This document shows, piece after piece, positions 13,682 through 27,237 of a DNA stretch of 64,000 nt; position 1 is the first letter of the stretch; each line of letters starts with the position of its first letter. A program made the translations under genes and the position numbers. Source of the DNA: Nymphaea colorata (taxonomy: Eukaryota); contig NC_045138.2 of NCBI RefSeq assembly GCF_008831285.2, positions 17,856,001 through 17,920,000 on the forward strand, written 5' to 3'. The notes below the pieces were generated by a model, which was not told the origin of the DNA, did no database searches, and saw only the letters and a program-made list of their open reading frames with translations.

Positions 13682-14183
13682 CACATATGATAGTATGTCT
13701 TGCATGCCCTTCATAGTATGTTCCGTGACAACATATGAACATATTTCTCAGTATAAGGGATGGGAGTCGACATCGAAGCACAGGAGCTAACGAGTAATCT
13801 AGTCACACATAAATCTAATCCTTAAGAGAAACAGCAATGCTAATCTCTTGTGGGTATTTTGTCATTTTATTGAGCACTATTTACAGAAAGAGAAGGAATA
13901 TCTTCTGAACGGATGAGGATAAAACTCTCATAGAATTTTCCGCAAAAAGTTATTGCAAGGAGAATCACACATGACCCATGAAATCAATCACCAAATAATT
14001 GAAACATGATAATGAAACAAAGATTGGTATGACATATCTCACCAGATGCAGTAAATCTATTAGGCCAAAAATGGTATTTCAATGATGGTAGGTGAGAGAT
14101 GCTCGTAGAAAGGGTAAGAGATGGGAATACCTTGGGAACTCTGAGTATTGGAGGCCTCGGATTGACAACACTTCAAAGAAATC

Positions 14184-14300
14184 GTGCAGATATTAGCGGA
14201 TGAAACTGCAGCATGATCTGTTCTACCGGGCAGAGAGATAGAGAAAGAGAGAGAGAGAGAGTCAGATCATGCTGGCAGCTTCAACCCCTAAATCTTCACC
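14184..14300 (-). ncRNA. MIR167: MIR167 precursor hairpin, copy 1; mature miR167-5p at 14263-14283
   Basis: The reverse complement of 14263-14283 is TGAAGCTGCCAGCATGATCTG(A), the conserved miR167 sequence. The 3' arm at ~14199-14220 reads CAGATCATGCTGCAGTTTCATC and pairs with one bulge. The lower stem GTGAAGATTTAGGGGT pairs with TCCGCTAATATCTGCAC. The loop is (TC)n-rich. Confidence 0.95.
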
Positions 14301-14484
14301 TCAGCAGGCATCATCAGGAATAGGCCGCCGCCATCACCGTTTCTGTGCACCACCCAGCATCTCTAACGAAACAATAAGGCCCTAGAGAGATAGAGAGAGA
14401 CGGAGAGAAGAGGTAGGGTTTTGTTTTTTTTTTTGTTCTTCTCCTTGCCTTGGATGGTGTTCCTTGGAGACTCGCTTTGATGGG

Positions 14485-14493
14485 AATAAATAG
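14485..14493 (-). promoter_or_regulatory. Putative TATA-like box (CTATTTATT) of MIR167 copy 1
   Basis: The minus strand reads CCTCCTATTTATTCCC about 200 nt upstream of the mature miRNA and is followed by a CT-rich leader, as is typical of plant Pol II MIR promoters. Confidence 0.5.
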
Positions 14494-15413
14494 GAGGACA
14501 GCCACGAGTTTAGGGAAAAAAAAAAATTAGAGAGAGAAATCTACAGAGAGAGAGCCCACAAACCAGACCAACATGGTGGTCCCAAAAAGCCGACCAAGAG
14601 GAAAGGGATTGAATAATATGCATGTCGATGCCACTAGGCATGCAGGGCTAGCGTGACTTCCTGAAATTACCATCTCTTTCTCTCTCTAACCTCTCTCCAG
14701 AAAGATGAACGGATGGAGACGCCTGCAGATCCTGTAACTCTCGAAAACGACCAAAAAGGATGTTTAAAACAATCGCCCTTCTGCAGGGGACCATCTTGAG
14801 AGCACGATAATTGAAAAAATAAAGGGGGAGAAACAGAAAAGGAGAGAACGAAAAAGAAAGAAGGAAATTGAGAACATCTTGACACCTAACTGTACATGTG
14901 ACCCTCCACAGCAGAGACAGAGAGAGAGAGAGAGAGAGAAAGATTTACATCTCATTGAACTTCACATGAATCCATTCCTTTTGGGCACTGCTCCTCTGCT
15001 TAGATAGGACAATTTCTTTTGCTAACAGAATGTCCTCAACGTGCAGTCAAGTGTTGTTATCATGTAAACTTTACTCTCTCTCTTCTTTTTTTAAACGATA
15101 ACCCATATCTATTACAAAGATGCACCACCAACTTGATAGATAAGTTGATACAGCTCTTAGATCTTGACGTGAGCAAGAGATTGAAAGTTCTACGACCGAC
15201 TCCATAGCTAAGGTCATTCAGCTGCTGTTGTCGTACATGAGAACAATCTCCTTCACCAGTGTAATCTAACAATCCAAAGCTGCAAAACTCATAATTTTGA
15301 ATGCATTGGCACCCACTTGGATATATATATATTGCAACTGTTGGACATTAATTAATGGTTGGGAGATGTGTTCTCTAGGGTTTTCATGGTGAGAACTGTG
15401 TGCTGGTTATCCA

Positions 15414-15690
15414 TAGGCTGTTTCCGAAACCGGATCGGATCAGATCCGAATCTTAACTTATAAACCTGGAGCCGGCATCCTCTCTGAAAGGAAAAGTCGA
15501 ATGGAGTTGGATCGCGACTCGCATCGGGATTAGACCCACGTGATGATGGGCGCGTTCTCAATTTCTTGGCGTTAGCTTTGGAGCCAAGCAAATTTTGGAC
15601 CTTTTTGAGATCCAGATCCAGATCCATTCTGAACGGGTCGGCATGAGGAGTTCCAACTTCCGGACCAGGTCCGAACCATTTGTGGTCCTA
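15414..15690. mobile_element. Decayed MITE rich in GGATC/GATCC motifs; related patches near 24840-25150, 25845-25920, 34275-34400 and 36540-36700
   Basis: Repeated CGGATCGGATC / GATCCAGATCC motifs, bounded by TAGG...CCTA. No clean target-site duplication found. Confidence 0.45.
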
Positions 15691-15946
15691 AATCCAGGGA
15701 CCACTAATTTCTTTTCATTTGTTGTCATGACTTTTATTTATTTAAAATCCCCAAGACGACTTCCCTTTCAAAACAATGTGATCCAATCTCCTCACTTTCA
15801 ATGTAACGGTTTCCCACGTACCATTTAAAAAGGAAAGATCCAATTAATTTAACGTCTTCTTTCGTCATTACTAAGCAATTTGACAATTTAATTGGACATT
15901 AATTACTCACTGTTTAATTAACCCTTCTGATGCAATTGAGGATATA

Positions 15947-15952
<6 letters not shown>

Positions 15953-16001
<49 letters not shown>
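15953..16001. repeat. (TA)n microsatellite
   Basis: Perfect AT dinucleotide run. Confidence 0.95.
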
Positions 16002-16003
<2 letters not shown>

Positions 16004-17866
16004 AAAATCTCATATGACGACCTTTAGGTTAACTTTTAGAATAGTACCAAAATTTTTGGCATAATCAACAGAAGTACCCAGAAGTTTGGAAATTCTGAAA
16101 GCACATTTTTGGAATTAGACATAACCTAGTTTGTGCGTCCCAGTCCGAATACCAAAGGAATAAGAATGGGACAGGTTATACTTGATCTGATAGTTTGTTC
16201 TTTCAATTCTTTTCCTTTTCAATAATTTGTTTTCTTAGCCCTTAGAATGCATAATTATAGTTCCTAAACATGAATTGGAAAGGTCATACATGATCTGATA
16301 GTTTCTTCTTCTTGAGTGAGCGGAGAAGACCTACTATTGCTCAGCAAAAGACTAAAACTTCCATCCAACCCATTGTCCTCTTAATGTACATGACATGCTT
16401 TCGGAGCATTTGGGGTGCAGTTTCTGCTATGCTTCAACTTGTGCTTCAGTGATTTTTCTTTTATAACACAAGAAGTTGATGTTCCTCTGACACTCAAAAT
16501 AGAGACTGACCACTAACCAGCTCCCACCCCAAGCTAAACTGTTGCGCCAACCCCTTGAAGGACTGTAGTTTCTTTTTCAATTCAATTTCTTTTAAATTAT
16601 TTGTTTTTTAGCCCTTACAATGCATAACTATGGTTCCTATCAATTACCCATCATGACCAATTTTAGATTAACTTCATATGAGAAATATGTGAACACTGGT
16701 TAACTTTTGATTATTATAAACAATTTCAAAATAGCTTTGAAGGCCAGAAACCTAATTAACTAGCTAATGATATGCCCTATATACAGTGTAAGTTCAAATT
16801 CAAACATTAATAGGCTAAAGTGTTTTTTTGCTAGCAATAATACAGTCTAAGCTCTCTTAAAAAAAACATAAAGTTGTGGCCCAACTTTGAATAATGCCTA
16901 AAACATAGGCACCATCTTGGAATTTACCTCTTATATATATATATTAAGTCAAAAGTGAGACTCTCAGCCACATCTATTTGGAACCTTTTTGTCACATCTA
17001 ATTGGAACCTTTTTGTCACAGGAGGTCTGATTTTGCTTTACAAGGCGTCCCCACATCAAAATAAAAAATAAATCATACTTTTGGATCATGGGTTGTCCTT
17101 TTTTCAGCTAAGAGTTTTGTTAATATTCGATCATTTGATCCTTGTGTAGCCACATAGTCACTCTGTTTTTTTTTAAAAAAAGAAAGACTTCTCTTGTTCC
17201 CATTAAGACAGAGATGCTATTACTTTATTGCAAGCCCTTTTGTCCACTTACTGAAATCACTTCCCCATTCCTCTCGTTTCAAGGCTGTAAACAAACCCAA
17301 ATAATTCAAATAATCTTTCTAAGATTCGTTCACACCAATGTGCCAATTTAATATAGCTCACTAGCCTATGCTTCTCGTCTCCTTTGTAGGGCAAAGGATT
17401 TTGCATAGGCAGAGTACTTAATTCCTCTTCTCCCTTTTTAAAATTTTGAGTTGCTGTTAGCTACCAATTGATTTCTGTCAATCATAAACTCTCTCTGACT
17501 TGTGATAAAAAATAAGCTTTAATAGAGTTATTAGACAAAGCAGAGCTTTTCTTTTGGAATCCAATTGGAGAAGCTTAGTTTTTGGGAAATAAAAATTTGG
17601 GTCAACCTTTGATATCTTTAGCAAGAGAACATATTCAATAGATAGGGTATAATGGGCACTCAACATCTCTCTCTCTCTCTCTCTCTCCCCTTCTCCCTCT
17701 CCCTTCATGTACACTTCTGGGGTGAGGTAAAGGAGTATTTTGTTGTACTACTTATTTCATACTTCCTACTTTCGACTTGTTTGCAGAGTTCAAGACTGTT
17801 TGGAGGCTTCGTGGAGGGGATATTGTACCTTCACTTCACTTGGTATAAGCTTTACTTGCTTATGAT

Positions 17867-18224
17867 ATAAGTCACATGGGTACGGGTGCAGTTCAGATAC
17901 ATGTACGAACATGACAACTATAGAAAAAAGTAGGTACTTTTGTATGATAAGAATATATATATTTATATATACAAAATCATATAAAATCAAAATGAAAGCA
18001 GCATTTAAATAAACAAGTGATTTAAATAAAAGCATTACATGTTAATGAGCAATAAATCCAAAAACATAATGAAAGCTGGCTTAGAAAAAATTAAAACACG
18101 TAAAATCAAGCAGTTTGGGTCAGTTTTGATCTAAATAGTACCCAAGTGTGTCCAAGTATCCATTTTGGGTATGGGTGTGGCGACACGGGTACATGGACCT
18201 TATTGAAGTATCCATATGATTTAG
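17867..18224. mobile_element. MITE family A copy 2, in the opposite orientation to 4960-5276
   Basis: TIRs ATAAGTCACATGGGTAC and rc CTAAATCATATGGATAC. Flanks CTTATGAT (17859-17866) and CATATGAT (18225-18232) match at 7 of 8 positions. It shares the GGGTACGGGTGC-type subterminal motifs. Confidence 0.75.
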
Positions 18225-19189
18225 CATATGATATAAAAGCATAGGGCTCGTGGTAATTAATTTACAATGTGAGACTTATGCATCTGTTAGCCGAACCAGC
18301 TACATTATGTCTCTCAGGGTAAGACACACATATACTCACACATAAACTTTCAGAAGATTAATAAAAGCGACAATAAATTTAAACTTACCTAGGGTGCGAG
18401 ACTACTCTAAGTGGGCTTGCACCCATTGTCTGCATTGAGTAACAGACCCACAATCCCCCACCCACAATTGTCTGCATTGAGTGACTGACAGACCATGGTT
18501 TGATCTGGCTTTATAAGCACACTGATTGGCACATAGAATTTGATCATGCAATGTCTAGAGAAGCATATAAACAGTCAATCATGCTTCATACCTAACCATC
18601 CATGTGAGTGGACCCCTAGATCCACCAGGCAATTAGTATATTGAAATTCTTGGGCCCATGAACATGAGAAGCAGTGGCAGAGTTAGAAATTTTGTCGAGA
18701 GAGTTATAAAAATGTAATTTTGTTGTTGAAGCAAACATTGGTATATAAATATATGAATTGGCAAGAAGGTTTATTAAAGATTAGAGAGGGCATATGCATT
18801 CTAAGCTAGTATATGGATCTGCCATTAGTTTATTGGAAGATAAAGCCATACTTAAGTTTTGGTTCAACACATAGAATCTTATATGTGATTCTTTTGAATC
18901 ATCCCATTGTGTGGTTTTGTGAAGGAAAGAATTAGAACAGGCAGTAATTCATCATCATCATTAACTATTATTAGAACCAACATTGAGATATTCCAATTGG
19001 TTGAAGCTAAACACAAGCAAGATGAGTGCAATAAGACATGCTAACAAGGTGTCCTCCACCTGATTAGGGAGTTCATAGATCCTAGTTTACCCTGATTGAG
19101 AAAACAAAAGCATTGTTATAGCAGCTTCTATAAACCAATTGCATCAAAACCATCATCTAAATTGAATTGATTCAACGATTCAGCCGAAC

Positions 19190-19224
<35 letters not shown>

Positions 19225-22200
19225 CACTTATATGTTAAAATATGTGAATTAATACTAAATGACGAGCGAGCGTGGCTCATAACTTTTTTCTCTTATTCTT
19301 ATCTTAACTGCCAATGCCTGAACTTTAAAGTCCACCTAAACATCGGCCCACTTGAGAACTGGCTTTGAATTATCATCAACTTGCAGTGCAGAATGAAACA
19401 ACCAAGATGAAAAGACATGGGAAATTGCCCGATGTGGACAAGACAAGTGTTTTCATTGGCTTTTCCATGCATTGCTGATATGACACCCACCAATCAAGAA
19501 GCGTGTGGACATGGTGGCGTTTCATCTTCTCGAAGTCATCTGCAACCGCATTCCTGTGAGACGAGAGAATGTCTTACCCAAGTTTAGTAGAGTTAGTTAT
19601 CAGTAGGCCTTAGTTGCAATCCCTCTTCTTTCAGTGGCTCGGTTCTTGTCCTATGACTACACGCAATTTGGTGCATCAAATTATAGATCGATCATATATG
19701 CTACTTTCTACTTAGAAAGAGAATGATTTCATTGATGGGACAATCTCTTTCTTTGCATGGCACACCCTAATCGTATTGGAAAGATAGATGAATGTTATTC
19801 GAGAAATAGTGAAAATGAAACCCCACCTTGAATTTTTCCTTAATTTATTAACTTCATCAGCCTAAACTGACCACAAATGTGTTACATATGGATCACAGTC
19901 CTGGTTGGGTATATTTTGCCCCTTAGAGGGCAGGCATTTGATGAGAAACATATTATTTTCTTAGAACACATGTTTCAAAAACATAATGTTCTTGTTCTAG
20001 ATGACCGCTTCTGAAAATATGCCCACGATGTTACTGCTAGGAGATAAGAACATTCATATTCAGACCATCCTATGCATATGTGTTCTAAAAACACAAAGTT
20101 TTTCTTATTAAATACTCTTTTAAAAGATGAGACTATATAAAACATTATCTCGAAGACATGATACTACAAAAAATCATGCTCATATTGTTGCTAGATACCA
20201 AACGATGCTTATATTTATCAGTTTCATCTTGTCCATATGCCTTATTCAACCAGTGTCTTGTCAGACTGCCTTTTCAACGAGAGATTTCTGATATGTTGAT
20301 CAATTAAAGCCGGGAGGATATGTGCCCTTCATTTAACTTTTCCAAACTTCTTGCAAAAACATAGTTATTTACATATTAATGCCTCTCTCAACTGTAAATA
20401 TACACATTCATGCCACCTCTCACCAAATTTTTTTTTGACGCTGCTGATAAGAAGAGACATGACATGTAAGTCTGCTGGAGGTGCCGGAATTTGGCAGCAA
20501 TCAGTGGATGTGGTTAGCTCACAAGCAAGCTTAGTCTTTAAGCTGGTGGTTGTGGATTGTGGCCATAGCTGTTTGGTGGGTGAGGAACAAAAGGTACGTG
20601 AAACTTCTTTTCATGAAAATTTTATGCTAAAGTTTGTTCATTTCTTTATCTTTTTCTCCCTTGTCTCGCCGATCTTAGCATTTCATGACACCTGCATGTC
20701 CATTTACTTCGAGTTTTCTGTTCTTAATACGAGCCTCAATAATGCAATGGAAGTTAAACAACAGCCACCGTGGGAAAAAGATTGATGCTTTTTATTCAGG
20801 AACATCTCACAGCTCTCGATGACAACAGTTTGGTAGCCAGCTTAATTTAATTTGTCAATTTTGTTTTTTAATTATTACGTTGTTAATCAAAAGGGCAGAT
20901 ATTAGAAAAAAAAAAATCAAAATAATGGGGTGCAAGATATTAGAATTCATGTTCCTGAAACACATAGCCCATGAACTCTTTGATATTGTTTCAGGAAACA
21001 TGGTATAATTGTGAAGATTGTTTCAACATTCAGAAATCAAACGCTAGTCATAATCACAAAATATTTCTTACATCTAAAACATTGAATTCTTGCAATATCA
21101 TTCGTTATATGAACATGTATTCCAGCTAAACAATGTTCTTATAAATTTGCCTCCTACAACTAGAATGCCCCAAGGACCAGATGATCGCAAAAGTTGGACA
21201 TGAGAAAAGACCAGTAGAGTAGCTACATAGAGGCTGGCGTGGGCAGCTGCCCACACCAGCAACAAAATTTTTATTTATTTTTATATATTTTTACATAGAT
21301 TTTTTACAATTATTTACTTATTTATATATGTCGTGCCCCTTAAAAAATGACTAATAAAAAAAAAATCTGGCTCTGCCTACCCAATTTCCAACCAACAGAA
21401 TGGATTCAAAGTTATGGAAATGAAAATTCTTTAAATATTAGGACTACATTTTCTGGAACTTGGGTTACTGAACTAATCACTGGCGACACCAAATGTGGTC
21501 CATGCCTTAGCTGGTGCTAGCTGGGGACCAAATCCATATCCGGTCCAAGATTTGAAAATGGCCCTTTAATTTTCTCATTGACCAGCCTTTATTTAAATTA
21601 AAAAATAAAAATAAAATAAACACTGGAGTGGAGGGGAGTCATTTTTTATTAGAAAAAAACTTTAGTAAATGATAAAAAGTAATGGCATCTGAGGATGAAA
21701 CACTGGATCCCCCTTCAGGCATGAAGCATATCCTCTTGGCCAAGGGAAGAATTCTTCCTTCACCATCGCTTCATATTGGTAAAAACTCTTAATGGTCTCT
21801 TTTGTTTATGGAAGAGAATCTGACTAGCCCTAGTGGGCGCATAATGGATGAGGCCCCTGTGATTAGTAGCTGCATTCGAACTCCATTTACGCTAGCTTTC
21901 TGTTTTGGGTGAGCAGAAAGAGTATTTCATACTAATGACTAAGAAGAGAGACAAAGCCCACACCATTTCTCATGTCCCTCCAGGGAAACAAGCCTACTCT
22001 TCGGATTACACATCCGTATGCTTCAACTTGCATATCGATTCCCTTCCACCCTTTCAAATTTTACAGCAAAGAAAGTTGATGCCCCGAGCATTCAAAATCA
22101 ATATTGTCCGCCCACCAACCATGCCCTCCTCTACTCTAAAGCCTTTGCATACTCCAACTTGACAATTCACAAAAAGAACATTGTGTTCTTGCATTCATAT

Positions 22201-23332
22201 TTCAAAAACACCATGTACTCGTTTTAAAATTTTTGATGTGATTAGTCTAGCGTATTAGAGTTGAAAATGTGATCTATATTAACTGCGTTGTGTCTTTTGA
22301 AACAAGTTCGTAGTGTTTTGAGGACGTGAACCGTAAGAACGTGCATTTTAAAAACATAATGTTCTTATCAAACGCTCTCACAAGGTTTTCCCTGCCAAGT
22401 GAGTATCTTACCTTGAGCTTGATTTCTTTTTAAGAAAATGGCACAGTTTGATCATTGATTTGATTGCAACAATATGGATCGTCGTCCATAGCACTTTGAT
22501 TAGCATGGCAAAGCTGGTATAAGAAAGTGATTAGACGATGATTGTCTTCTTCTCAAGAATAAAAGAAGCCTTGCAAGTTAAATAGCCATGACTATGAGGT
22601 AGACAAATAAATTCTAATTAAAACAATCTTGTTTCTCACATAACATCCTCATTTTAGTTATTAATGTTACTAAAATTTTGTCAGAGTGATATCTGGTCTA
22701 AAGTTTCACCAAGTTGGATGAATATCACGAGCTTAGATTCCACCGGTTGCAAATCTTCGGCCACAAAGTAAATCCCTGGGTGTAGATTAAATTATGGTAG
22801 AAAAGGGGGGACCTCAAGGGTTCTACCAATTGGAGGAACTGCATTCTTTAAAAAAAAAAAAAGGGAAAAAAATAAAAGAAAATTATGATTATTTTAATTA
22901 ATCAAAGTTGATTAGGGATTGGGTTATTAATGCGTTGGGACCATTTACATTGTGATTCCTTGACCGAGAAAAGAATAGGCGGAGCTGACCCAATGTGGTC
23001 CGACCCAGCCCATTATTAGTCGGCATCATCTGAGCCCAAGTGGGTCCGACCTAAAGTCGATTTTGAGGGGCCACGGGTGCACCTGGTGCCTAGTGGGCTC
23101 ACTCAAGAGAGGACCTTGACGCGGCACTCTTATCCTTGATTCAAACCGCGTGGTAGTTCTGGCTGGGAGTCTGGGACCCAAAAATCTAAGCTCTGAATAT
23201 GGGAACCGATTGAATCTTTTAAAGCAGTGCAATAAAACAAAATTTGGGAACAAGAAGTCCCCTGAATACAAGAACATACCGTATTTAAATCAATATATAT
23301 AACAGGTAGCTGTCAAACTTTTATATACTAAA

Positions 23333-23460
23333 CTATCTATTCCAAGGAATTAAATAGTAGAGATTAAGTTGTAAATAAAAAACTACTAAACTTGATATAA
23401 ATCATTTGGGCTATCGATTTCAAGGAATTAGATAGTAGAGATTAAGTTGTAAATATAGAA
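23333..23460. repeat. Local direct duplication of about 48 bp, period 78
   Basis: CTATC..TT.CAAGGAATTArATAGTAGAGATTAAGTTGTAAATA occurs at 23333 and 23411. Confidence 0.85.
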
Positions 23461-23689
23461 ATCAAGTATCTTTTTTTTCATGAATTTAAAGTGCTCCTCT
23501 AAAGATGATGAGAGACAAAAAAAAAAAAAGAAACAATTGTCTTTTTTGAAATGAAACCATATATTTCCTTTGGAAGATATTTTGAACTCTTGAAAAAACT
23601 TATATTTGAAACTTAATTTTTATCATTTGATCTAATCATAATTTACGGCCTAAATTGTTTTCACTGAATTTAACACATGAGGGTTTAGC

Positions 23690-23723
<34 letters not shown>

Positions 23724-25652
23724 TATCTTGACCAATTTTAACGGGTAATCAACAACAGATTTTTGGAGCATTGGTATAACAGTATTGAACACTCAATTAC
23801 AACTAAAGTGAACTTTTCAAAGTTGGGGATCGTGAATTTCAGAACCAGATCTTGTGTAGCCCTAGATTTTAGTTGGCAGTATGCGTTTGGTAGTACCAAA
23901 ATCCAGGAGTAGAGCGCAATTCAGGGCTTCTGGCTTCAAATTTCTGGAAATCCAGAAATTTTCTAGGAAAATCTTGAATTGAAGATGAAATCTGACTTTT
24001 ATCTTGAGGAAAGGGACTGTACATGGGGAATGACAATCAAGGGCTTTGGTATTTAGGAAGACATCAGAGCTGCAGGTGGGGCTGATTCGAGCCGTAGCGG
24101 TTCAGATCTGGTCCTGCTCCTGCAGAGGCATCTTGTAGGCCTTAAACGTTGTCTTTGCCTGGATGTGGGCCTCATTATATCAACATCACCGGTCCCTTTC
24201 TGAATCTGGATCCTTCCTTACACTCACCGCTTTCATCTCTCTCTCTCTCTAAAGGCGAGCAGGACTTGACTTGTGACATCTGAGTTGTTTGTCCTACCAA
24301 GGCATGGTAGTGATCCATGTATAACACATTTGGATTTGGATCTAGATTTTTATCCAAGTTTCATTTGTTCCAATGCACCTAAGATAAGACATCAAAAAAG
24401 CGAGAACCATAACGGATTGTGTGAAAATTGAAACTAGTATTCCATAAATCTACATCAATCATGAAACATTAGAACTCGGTATTCACGAATCTGCTTTAAT
24501 CTTTAAAATATATTCTCATACTCTCAAGAAACGCAATCCAAAAATTCAAGAAGCATGGTGCAATTTAGTGTTCTTCCTAGATTTAAGGATCAAATATGAA
24601 CATAATTAGTTCTTAGAATGAGAAAATACTTGTTTTAAGAACAAAATGTTCTTTTTATATCAAATGCCCTCGACCAGTTGAAAGGGTCTATCAATTTCAC
24701 TTTACCTTTTCCAAAGTTTGTGTCGCATACTAACAAAGGTAAATTAAAGGGGAGAAGGAAGCATAGATGTTCAGGACAAGGAGTCCTGATTTTCGGGGAG
24801 GTTGTCCCTCAAAATTTGTGTTCCTAATGAGCAAAAGAAAATTACATTTGCATCCAAATATGAAATCCAATCTTACAATCTCAATCTGATTTGGAACCCA
24901 AACTGGCTCGATGTTCACTATGTAAGAACATTGGATATATGATATTTCTTTTAAACTAAATCCGATCTGAATCCGAATCTAAATCCCATCGAATATTTAT
25001 GCATATCCAAATCTGAATTCGATTGATGTCATTTTTTAAATTTGGATCTGATCCGATATCTTAATCAGACATTAAACTCTTTTCCATCTCTTTGATTTTT
25101 TCATAATAGTTCAATTGAATATCTGATCCAAATCTGATATCCGTAAGCCTAAAAATTATGCCAAACCACTTCAGGGCATTAATAGCTGTGGCAGAAGGAA
25201 GATGAAAAAGAGGGATATCTTCCACTGCATGACTGCAACCTAGAGGAATTATTCTTCTGATTGGAATGAAAGATCTGATCCAAGCACATAGGAAGCAATT
25301 TCTCACTCATTCTAGCGATGGAAACCAATTTCTTCACTCCTCGTGGAAAAACATGCTTATTGAGTTAAAAAGTTACAATAATCAGGTCTGATTGCAGGTC
25401 ACCTCTCCTACCAGACTGGCGTAAACAAAAGGTTGCTTTATTTTTATTTATTTATTTTTTGCAATCTAACCTTATTGATATGGACTTAAGAATATGTTGA
25501 TGCAAAACATATAAAGCTCGTCATCTGTTAGATTTTAATAATGTTTTTATAATAAGAAAAAATGAATGTCCCACATAACATCAGCATTTTGATAATAAAA
25601 AATCCATATTTGGGGTCTGATTTTTAAACCCAAACTAAGTATCTGGTTTCTA

Positions 25653-25687
<35 letters not shown>

Positions 25688-26630
25688 CAAAACAAAAAAG
25701 CATATATGAATACAAATATTACCAAGTGGGGCGTCTTTCTAAGGCATGACCCATGCAAGGGCTTTGAAAGTAGAAAATATCTTGCAAAAGGATCTGATGG
25801 ACATGGGGATCGATCAATATGAATCAAAATAAGAGGATGAACTTGTTGTTTCGGATCCCATCTTGGATCCAACATGCACCGGAGTTTGTTCGAACTTGGA
25901 TCCGGATCTGGATCGGAGCATGGGCGTCACAAACACAACGTTATTTGGTTCCCCTAAGAATTCAAGAGAAGTGTCTGTCTAGTGGTAGGTTCAAAAATGA
26001 TGAAGCCAAAATGCCTATAGATGGTTTTGAGCTTCGCATACTTGACAAGGTAAATTGGCTTAAAACCTTGAGATAGAACCCTTGTGAGAGATTCACTATT
26101 AAAAGAAAATGCAAATCTGGTTTACATTAAAAAACAGTGGTTCGTGTTCTGTTAGTCTCTAATCGGTGATTCTTAATACCAGTAAAAGTTGGAGGCGTAA
26201 CCTCCAGCAAGGTGGATCTGGAAGACCATGGATCCGAGATCTTAAGGGCGAGGGTGAGAAAGAGACCAAAGGTTTTTCAAAATCACAAACATGGCTTTTA
26301 GATCAGCCACTATAATGAGTTTATTTTTCATATCACGGAGGGATAACTTTCAGGGATATATATATATATATATATATCAGAACTGGCCAAGTGTTCTATT
26401 AAGCCACCGCTGATAATCAATCCAAGTACTCAAGATTTTCCCATTTGAAGTTTCCGTCATTTCATTTGGGAAATATATATAACTGTTAGCAAACATGTCT
26501 AAATAATACGTGAGAAACTTGTTTATCAATTAGAAGGATCTAGTGTACGAGCAGAAAAGACTGGACCTGAACCCGTGTGGCGGCCACAGTCTTTTCAGAT
26601 TCCCAAGAGCAGGATACAGCAAAAGTGTAA

Positions 26631-26755
<125 letters not shown>

Positions 26756-27198
26756 TAAAATCCTCCAAGCTATATTCATCTCCCCCCCTAAACAACGCCA
26801 TCACAGGCAGACCCGATTAAACACAACAAATTACGTGCATCAAGCAGGATTTCTCCCTGGTGTCATCCAGCCATCCAAATCTCAGTTCAATTTCAATCAC
26901 AGCTATCAGCAAATTGTCAATTGATAAGCAATATGCTGTGAGACTCCAAAGGAATTTTTCATCCTACCTAAACAAGAGAAATCTAAAAAACATATATTTT
27001 TGTTGCCTCCGTAATTTTCTCTTTTCTGCTTGTCATTTGAGGTCGGCTTGCATATATACTTGAGGTCATACATACATTTAAGATGTACCGATGTTTGTGC
27101 ATGTTGATACCATGAATGAGTTCCATGTGTTTTAAGTTTGTCATATGATCATGATATAAATATTCACATACATGAAATTATGATATTTGCATGAGCAA

Positions 27199-27237
<39 letters not shown>

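Noticed and set aside
15661..15674. CGGACCAGG match to the miR166 5' end
   Set aside because: Only 9 nt match, it sits inside a GGATC-rich MITE relic, and the rest of the mature sequence and a star arm are missing.
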